Source: Elusimicrobiota bacterium (GTDB lineage Bacteria > Elusimicrobiota > Elusimicrobia > F11). From it: a DNA stretch of 64,000 nucleotides. Shown one piece after another: positions 57,592 through 64,000 of the stretch. Each line of letters begins with the position of its first letter. The stretch's first letter is position 1. The stretch spans positions 672,001 through 736,000 of the forward strand of contig JBGAON010000001.1 of assembly GCA_044221725.1 (NCBI GenBank). The letters are read 5' to 3'. The notes under the pieces were generated by a model. It was not told the origin of the DNA. It was given only the letters and a program-made list of their open reading frames with translations, and did no database searches. A program made the position numbers and the translations under genes.

Positions 57592-59443
57592 GCGGTCCGT
57601 TTTCCGTCAGTAGATGTTCCCCGGCCGGGAGCCAAATGAACGAATCGTTTTGGCGGTTCCACTTTTTTCCGTCCACGCGGTAAGACGTGTTGGTTGGTTT
57701 TCGCAATTCGACCGCGTCCAATGCGTGCACGCGGAGTCCATCGTCGCGTTCGTCTACCGACGAATCGGACGCCATGGCATAAGGAAGCAGGTCGTAATCT
57801 TTCGGGTGGATTGTCGATTCCGAGTACGCGACAACTTGCCGCGTAAACTTCGAAGCCGTGGCCCAAAGTTGGAACAGTTCTGTTCCGGACTGAATCGGCG
57901 TAGAAAACCCAAGTTGCGTCTGACCATGGGCGGAATCGACGACATTAATGTCGATCATGAACTTATTTTGTCCGAAGATTTTTGCGTAACGCTCGCCCAA
58001 AACCAAATAACGGTCCGGCGTTTTCGACCATTCAATGTACGCATCCTGGATCTCAACGGTGGCGCCGTAGCGCTTTGCCAACGCCAAATTGGCATCAAAA
58101 TCAATGGCAATATTATCGCGAAGCATTGGCTGGCCCAGCACATCGGTCAACGTTAATACGATGTCCCATTTCCGTAGCTGGTTCTTTTCAAGCTTTCTTA
58201 TGTGGGAGAAAACAATCTCTGTTAGCTCGGTGGTCAATCGGCGGCGGTATTCGAGAAAATCCGCGATCCCTTTTGAGTCTTTTTCCCAGAAGTGCGACGA
58301 CGATTCATCGAAGAGAAGCACCGGATCGAACCCTTGTTTCTCCGAAAAACCTTTTCGCACATCGTCGTTTAATGGTGTGAACGCTGGCAGAGATTTTAGG
58401 CCGTCGACCGGATCAAAATAAATCTCAGCGATATCCACGCCGTCCCATTCTGCGCTACGTAAAACTTTGTCTTCTTTTTCAAATGCCAGTGCACGGCAGC
58501 GCGGGTTCTGAAAGTTGATGAGCAAACGCCAATCCACATGCGCATCGGCCAGCGTGGCGGTTTTTTCACGGCACTCGGGATGGTCGTTCCAAAACTGTTC
58601 GCTTACGTGCGGCCATTCGAACCACGCGAGCACAGAAATTTTCTTTTGATGCGCGAGATTGATTAGCGTGGCATAGGGAAACGGATTTGGGGAATCCGAA
58701 TGCCAGGTGCCCACGTGCACCGAACTCACGCCGGCGTCGGCCCACCGATCGACCAGCAGTTTTAGATCGCTTTCCGATGGATTGAAGTGGAAGCCAGGAT
58801 CCATGTACATGATCGCGCGCTGCGCGCGCAAAAGAGGAGTAATCTTAAAGAAATCCACCATGATGTGAGGCAGATCGGTAAAACGGCCAAAGCCATACGG
58901 CGTCGCATCATCAAAAAGCGTTGAGAACACAACGGCCTTGCCGTTCTTCACGGTTCCTCCAACGACAACGGAGTGTTCGCCGTCTGTTGAAGAATAAAAC
59001 GTTTGGACGTTCGCGAGGCCCGTCTTTACAATTGTTTTTACGCGCGGTCCGTCGGGCCAGCGCGTCCCGTTGTTGGAGCGAATATGGTTTTTGAGCCGTG
59101 AAAGCGAAACAGGCATCGAAAATACGACGCCTAATTTGTCGGAAAGCGGGCTTTCGCCATCGACGACGAGATTCCCGCCCCCGCTTGCCCACTCTATGAC
59201 AGCGTCTTGCTCCTCATTCGAAAGTTTCGCTGCGGTTCCATGGGGGACAATTAACACGTTCGTGTTTCGCAGGGAATTGGTTTGTATCGTCGGAATTTTT
59301 TCGAGTCGAATTCCAATTGAACTGAGGGACCGAACGAAAGCTTGCTGGTCGTTTGACGTAACCGTGCTGTCCGGATGTTCGTCCCATAGAATTTTCTGAT
59401 GGAGAAAGTTTGTGGCGTGAGAAATGGTCGGCAGGAACAACAA
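57578..59443 (-). CDS. Putative secreted glycoside-hydrolase-like protein (TIM-barrel-like C-terminal region); start uncertain
   Basis: Long ORF; W...GGNLVVDG N-domain, AHQKKISVLAWFEWP, NFQNP, WDGVDIAE; the ORF-track start runs through tRNA-Phe. Confidence 0.6.
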   Translation of the reverse strand: MLFLPTISHATNFLHQKILWDEHPDSTVTSNDQQAFVRSLSSIGIRLEKIPTIQTNSLRNTNVLIVPHGTAAKLSNEEQDAVIEWASGGGNLVVDGESPLSDKLGVVFSMPVSLSRLKNHIRSNNGTRWPDGPRVKTIVKTGLANVQTFYSSTDGEHSVVVGGTVKNGKAVVFSTLFDDATPYGFGRFTDLPHIMVDFFKITPLLRAQRAIMYMDPGFHFNPSESDLKLLVDRWADAGVSSVHVGTWHSDSPNPFPYATLINLAHQKKISVLAWFEWPHVSEQFWNDHPECREKTATLADAHVDWRLLINFQNPRCRALAFEKEDKVLRSAEWDGVDIAEIYFDPVDGLKSLPAFTPLNDDVRKGFSEKQGFDPVLLFDESSSHFWEKDSKGIADFLEYRRRLTTELTEIVFSHIRKLEKNQLRKWDIVLTLTDVLGQPMLRDNIAIDFDANLALAKRYGATVEIQDAYIEWSKTPDRYLVLGERYAKIFGQNKFMIDINVVDSAHGQTQLGFSTPIQSGTELFQLWATASKFTRQVVAYSESTIHPKDYDLLPYAMASDSSVDERDDGLRVHALDAVELRKPTNTSYRVDGKKWNRQNDSFIWLPAGEHLLTENGPRATK

Positions 59444-59451
59444 ATGAAATA

Positions 59452-59524
59452 TGCCAAGGGCCAGAATCGAACTGGCGACACCACGCTTTTCAGGCGTGTG
59501 CTCTACCAACTGAGCTACCTTGGC
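59452..59524 (-). tRNA. tRNA-Phe(GAA)
   Basis: Cloverleaf on minus strand: gccaagg/ccttggc, cacgc-ctGAAaa-gcgtg. Confidence 0.97.
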
Positions 59525-59677
59525 GTTATTGGGTGCAGAACAGTCATGGAATTTACCGCCCATGAAGTCCGGCATCGTAGCATTTTTGGTTTTTAGGACG
59601 GAGATTAGAGGGTCACGAATCCTTCGGTGTCAGCCGCCGTAGCTTTCGTCCGGCTCGCTTCGCGAATTTGACGAAAG

Positions 59678-60301
59678 TTACTTAACTATTTTGAGGTTTT
59701 TACGAGAATTACCAAACACTTGGATTTCCGATATATCTTTTAAATATACAATTGCATCTTGGCCGGTCGGGTGTTCGTCATCCCTAATAACCAAGTATGG
59801 TTTTGGTGATTTCTGGATCTTAACGGCGTTCCCATTTATTACTTCGCCCTTTCCATTTCTAATTTTCATTTTGGCACCAGTTTCAATTTCTCCCAACTCT
59901 TTAATCAATTCATCGGGTTTGCATTCCACAAGGTTGCCCGCCATGGAGTCGGGGATTTTATCGTCCTCAGTTCTATATTTTATCAACGTGCCGTATACAC
60001 TGGTGGAAATCCTGGTAATGATAGGGAAATACCGAAATGGGAAATATGTGGCCTTACGATCAATAAAAACATTAATCATGGTATCCGCGGGAGCATCTCC
60101 TTGGGCATCTTCAATTGCGGCTTGAAGAGAATCATCGCCTATTGGGCCGATTCCAAACAGGTAAAAAGCGTGCGACTCCCCATTTGTGACGATTAATGGC
60201 TTCTCGTACTTCCCATTAAGGCTTGTCGTGGAAACAGCCGTAGGATAGTGGTACACACAAGCCGGTAAAAACAAGACGCATCCAATAATTATTCTTTTCA
60301 T
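59678..60301 (-). CDS. Hypothetical lipoprotein (TRL-like N-domain)
   Basis: GGAGG RBS; MKRIIIGCVLFLPAC lipobox; LFGIGPIGDDSLQAAI. Confidence 0.7.
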   Translation of the reverse strand: MKRIIIGCVLFLPACVYHYPTAVSTTSLNGKYEKPLIVTNGESHAFYLFGIGPIGDDSLQAAIEDAQGDAPADTMINVFIDRKATYFPFRYFPIITRISTSVYGTLIKYRTEDDKIPDSMAGNLVECKPDELIKELGEIETGAKMKIRNGKGEVINGNAVKIQKSPKPYLVIRDDEHPTGQDAIVYLKDISEIQVFGNSRKNLKIVK

Positions 60302-60469
60302 CCTTGTCCTCCGTAGATCGGAAGCCAGCAACGTGCATATCAAGCAGCTAAACCAATTAAGTTCGAAAATCCTGTAATTTTGATTTGGACATGCTCATAA
60401 AACTGACTGTTAGAATAGAGTCTTTATCGAGTTAACTTCGTTTTCTAGGCAATTTAAATATTGAGTTGT

Positions 60470-60597
60470 CCTGCTGATTGTTAACGCTTTGCCCATTGAT
60501 CCTGGTGCAAATTCAATAATGGCTGGGACATCGTGCCCTGCCGCGCGTAACTTTAAGATGCTTGCTTTAAGAGATTCTCATTGGCGAGAAAAAACAA
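60470..60597 (-). pseudogene. DUF5615/PIN-like toxin remnant (frameshifted, truncated); end approximate
   Basis: MFFLANENL then, after a frameshift, SILKLRAAGHDV; directly downstream of DUF433. Confidence 0.7.
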
Positions 60598-60837
60598 TCA
60601 AGTCGCCTTCTTCGGAAGGGAATATAGTGCTTCTACTTTCATGCATTCGGCGACAAAGGCAAATAGTGCTTTCAAAGCGTCCGGCGTAAGTGTCGGATAA
60701 TTTTCGAGAACCTGTTTCTCGGTCCAACCTTCGGCGAAGAGACTGAGGATAAAATCCACAGAGAGGCGGGTGTTCTTAATCGTCGGTTTGCCAACCAAAA
60801 CTTTTGGATCCGAGTGAATATGTGTTTGCCAATTCAT
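60598..60837 (-). CDS. DUF433 family antitoxin-like protein
   Basis: IHSDPKVLVGKPTIKNTRLSV...GWT...VLENYPTL. Confidence 0.9.
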   Translation of the reverse strand: MNWQTHIHSDPKVLVGKPTIKNTRLSVDFILSLFAEGWTEKQVLENYPTLTPDALKALFAFVAECMKVEALYSLPKKAT

Positions 60838-60987
60838 AGCGGTTACCAATAGTTATGTGAACAAGAGTCCACATGCGATTTATATGAGAGTCCAGTTAGA
60901 GTCCAGCAAACTAACGCGAAAGATGCTTACGATTGCTTGTACGAATGACAATGTTATGACAATACGGCACTTTACGACGTTTAAATA

Positions 60988-61062
60988 CGGAGTCGACGGG
61001 ATTTGAACCCGCGGTCTCTGCCTTGACAGGGCAGCGTGTTAACCGGGCTACACCACGACTCC
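60988..61062 (-). tRNA. tRNA-Asp(GTC)
   Basis: Cloverleaf on minus strand: ggagtcg/cgactcc, ctgcc-ctGTCaa-ggcag. Confidence 0.97.
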
Positions 61063-61153
61063 ACGGGTGACATTGGGACAAGCACCCTACCAAAACACTG
61101 CGAAATTGACAAATTCTTTACCTTGGATCACAAATTTTGTTTAGTTCCGCGCG

Positions 61154-64000
61154 ATGCCCGCACAGCAACAGTCTGAAAACATCTCGTTTTCACAACACGT
61201 TGTCTATATTTGCTCGCGTTTTATCGCTTATAGTTTTCCGCTTTTCTTTTTCCTCGTCACAAATTCGTTTTACCTGAAGACCTACGATTCCGCTCAGATA
61301 AAAATCACTTTTACTCAAATGGGCGCTACGCTGCTCGCGTTTGTGTGGATCGTCAAAATTTTGGTCGAGGGGAAGCTGCCATTTTCACGGCGGGACCTGG
61401 TTTATGTCGCTCCATTTCTTGCGTTTTTGTGTTCGGGGATTGTTGTGTGGTTGCACACGCCGTTCAAAGCATGGTCGCTTGAGGAAACGTTGCGCCGGGT
61501 TTTCTACGTGATACTCGCCCTCATGGCGTTGGCCGAAACGCGATCGAACGAACGCATGACACGGTTGTGGCGCTGGCTGTTGGTGTCCGCCTGGGTTGCG
61601 ATTGGTTATGGGCTCATTCAATATCTCGATGGCCGATTCTTTAAGGGAATGCCGCAGGGTTTGGATCCGTTTATTTGGCGATATGCTTTTGGACCACGTG
61701 TGTTTTCCACATTCGGGAATCCAAATTTCTACGGAAACTTCCTCGTGATTATTACGCCGATTGTTTTGGCCTCGGTTTTGAAAGAGAAGGGGTCCATGCT
61801 TCGCGTGGCTCTGGTCCTCGGGTTGATTTTCGCGTTGGCGTTGACGATTGACAAAATGATGCTGGGGCTTTTTGGCGATGTGGAACCGTCGCTGTCGATC
61901 GTGTTTAACGCACTTATATTTGGCCTGCTTTGTTTGTTCGCTTACGCGTGTGCCGGCCGAATGGGCGGACGACTCACGTTGGCGTCCTTGCTTTTGTTGT
62001 TTGCTTTGTTGTGCCTCAATATTTATTCCACCGAGACGAAAGGCGCGTGGATGGGCTTTATTGCGGCGTTCGGTATCACGTGTTTTCTTATATTTGAGTA
62101 TTTTCTGCATTTCGAAGACCATTTGGTCGATCCGAAAAAGTATTTCGTTTTCGTTGTGGTGATGGCAAGTTTGTTGGCGGTCGTGATACTTTTGTTGGCG
62201 GTGACGTTCGTTGTTCCGTTTTTCAAAGGCGACGTCAGCCAGATTGGATACCAGATTCTTTGGATCCCTCCGTTGTTGTTTGCGATTGTTTCGGTCTGCA
62301 CCGTTCTATGGATGTTGCGAAAGCCTTGGCATTTAAAAAAGGTCATTTACGGTCTGTTGATTTTCTTTATGATCACCATGGGCGGGGGCGTGTTGCAATT
62401 CGCGAAAAAGCGTCTTGTCTCGGTAAGTTTCCGTATGTTTACCTGGATCTCGACGTGGGAAATGGTCCGCACGAACCCAATTCTTGGCAACGGCGTTGGC
62501 ACCTTCAAAATTATTTACCCGGCGTTCCGACGCCCCGAAATTATCGTGCTCGAAGGGCGTTCGAACACCGAAACGGATCACGCCGAAGACGAATATATCG
62601 AAACATGGCAGGACGAGGGCATCATTGGCTTCGGCATTTTTCTGTGGATGGTGGTGACCGCTCTCGCGCTCGGTTTTAAACAACTTCGTTGGTATTCAAC
62701 CCACCGATCGCAGGATGGCCCGAAAGCGAAAAAACTTTTGGATGCTGACGGTAATCCGCGCTCGTACGAAGTTTTGGGATACCTCGGTGCCTATATTGGT
62801 GCCCTTATTCACTGGTGCGTGGACGTGTCCATCCGATTTGTTTCTTCCGGTATTTTCAGTGGATTTCTCCCCGGAATTCTCGTCGCGTACGCGCGCAACC
62901 ACGAGAATCCGGTTCCCGTTGAAGTACGACTTCCCTACGATCGGTGGATTCGCGCCGCACTTGCCGCGGTTTGGACGTGCGTCCTTCTTTGGCTCGGTCT
63001 TGAGTTGGTTCCACAAGCTTTCATTCAAAACGGTGATACAAGCACGGGCCAAATTGTTTTCTGGACCCTCTTGGCTGGTGGTGCGCTTTATTTATTAATT
63101 GAGCTCGTGGAAATCGGCAACGTACCCGAAAAGGAAATACGTTTTTCTGAGCAGTATGGTGAGATCAATCCGAAAGGCTCCATTTTCCGTTTGGCCGCGT
63201 TGCCATTTCTGTTCGTGGGAGCCTTGTGGCTCATTCGTTTTTCAGCGAATCAATTTTGGGGAGATGTGCATCACAATCTCGCGATCTTTTTCTCAAAGGA
63301 AGCGATTTGGATGAAATCGCCGGTTTACGATTCCAAAATGCTCAATTTGCCGCCCGATATTCGCGAGAAATACCAGAAAACCGGCGGCGCTCTCGAACAT
63401 TATCACGAAGTTGTCACATTGAATCATGCGTTTCCAATGGCTCATTATTTTACGGGCAATGTGTATAACGACTGGGGAAGCCAAATTAACGGTGAGAGCA
63501 TGAACGCGCGCCAGCGCGGGGATATCGAAGAGGCCGTCCGGCTCCGCCAAAAATCTCAGGACATGTGGAACAAAGCCGAAGAGGCGTACACAAACACAAA
63601 GAAGCTAGCGCCCAATTATGTTCAGACGCATCACCAGATGGGACTTCTGTTTGTGAAGCGCGCCGAACAGGCAAACGCGTGGGGAGAAGCAGCGCTCGCC
63701 CACGAGATGTACCAGAAGGCTCTTGCCGAATTTTACCGTTACAAAATGCTGGATCCGGTTTTTCTCGCGAACTACGACCGCATCGTGCAGATTTTGTTGA
63801 TGGATGGAAAAATTGACGAATCAATAGCGCTCTACAAGGAAGCGCTCTACTATAATAAGGATGTCGAATTTAAAATCAAAAATGCGATCACGCTGCCCGA
63901 TCGCGTGGCGGCCGTTTCAATGAGCCTCGCCAAACTTTATTTCAATGAGGTGGCGCATCTACCGAGCGCGTTTAACCCGCCGGTTCCGCAGGCCGAAGAG
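61154..64000 (+). CDS. O-antigen ligase (Wzy_C)-family membrane protein with C-terminal TPR-like region; 3' truncated by window and therefore absent from ORF track
   Basis: Hand translation from ATG 61154: many TM segments, FSTFGNPNF, TETKGAW, R...W...W.M....PILGNGVGTF, DHAEDEY; helical TPR-like tail; same frame at window end. Confidence 0.88.
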   Translation, partial: MPAQQQSENISFSQHVVYICSRFIAYSFPLFFFLVTNSFYLKTYDSAQIKITFTQMGATLLAFVWIVKILVEGKLPFSRRDLVYVAPFLAFLCSGIVVWLHTPFKAWSLEETLRRVFYVILALMALAETRSNERMTRLWRWLLVSAWVAIGYGLIQYLDGRFFKGMPQGLDPFIWRYAFGPRVFSTFGNPNFYGNFLVIITPIVLASVLKEKGSMLRVALVLGLIFALALTIDKMMLGLFGDVEPSLSIVFNALIFGLLCLFAYACAGRMGGRLTLASLLLLFALLCLNIYSTETKGAWMGFIAAFGITCFLIFEYFLHFEDHLVDPKKYFVFVVVMASLLAVVILLLAVTFVVPFFKGDVSQIGYQILWIPPLLFAIVSVCTVLWMLRKPWHLKKVIYGLLIFFMITMGGGVLQFAKKRLVSVSFRMFTWISTWEMVRTNPILGNGVGTFKIIYPAFRRPEIIVLEGRSNTETDHAEDEYIETWQDEGIIGFGIFLWMVVTALALGFKQLRWYSTHRSQDGPKAKKLLDADGNPRSYEVLGYLGAYIGALIHWCVDVSIRFVSSGIFSGFLPGILVAYARNHENPVPVEVRLPYDRWIRAALAAVWTCVLLWLGLELVPQAFIQNGDTSTGQIVFWTLLAGGALYLLIELVEIGNVPEKEIRFSEQYGEINPKGSIFRLAALPFLFVGALWLIRFSANQFWGDVHHNLAIFFSKEAIWMKSPVYDSKMLNLPPDIREKYQKTGGALEHYHEVVTLNHAFPMAHYFTGNVYNDWGSQINGESMNARQRGDIEEAVRLRQKSQDMWNKAEEAYTNTKKLAPNYVQTHHQMGLLFVKRAEQANAWGEAALAHEMYQKALAEFYRYKMLDPVFLANYDRIVQILLMDGKIDESIALYKEALYYNKDVEFKIKNAITLPDRVAAVSMSLAKLYFNEVAHLPSAFNPPVPQAEE

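Noticed and set aside
25183..61062. None of the six tRNA genes encodes the 3' CCA
   Set aside because: True but common in many bacterial lineages; not notable.
56411..61093. Short ORFs 56411-56596, 59399-59596 and 60911-61093
   Set aside because: They are translations across tRNA genes.
61385..63824. Multiple short ORFs listed at the window end
   Set aside because: All lie within the single long + strand O-antigen-ligase/TPR frame, which the track missed because it has no stop in the window.

Overview
Bacterial chromosomal window with GC-rich core genes and AT-richer inserts. The gene content (giant multi-domain protein, O-antigen-ligase/TPR fusion, alternative complex III) suggests an uncultured Elusimicrobiota-like organism, but that is inference. 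In order it contains: the 3' end of lon; an aminotransferase and serA; a ~10 kb glycosyltransferase/carbamoyltransferase/radical-SAM cluster; a complete alternative complex III plus A2-type heme-copper oxidase operon; tRNA-Lys and tRNA-Glu; a minor-pilin-like operon; a 2061-aa multi-domain protein; mutM; tRNA-Val; an M48 peptidase; a GH92; and an MBOAT-MaoC-SDR-FkbH-ACP-SGNH acylation cassette. Next comes a nested mobile hotspot at tRNA-Thr(CGT). A ~390 bp GIY-YIG mini-element is bounded by a 22-bp duplication. An ~8.9 kb tyrosine-integrase element has split the native tRNA in its anticodon loop and carries a complete replacement tRNA directly upstream of a Shedu defence nuclease. The window ends with an acyltransferase pseudogene, tRNA-Phe, a decayed islet with a broken toxin-antitoxin pair, tRNA-Asp and a partial O-antigen ligase/TPR gene. 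All calls come from reading the sequence and recognising motifs; no database searches were run.
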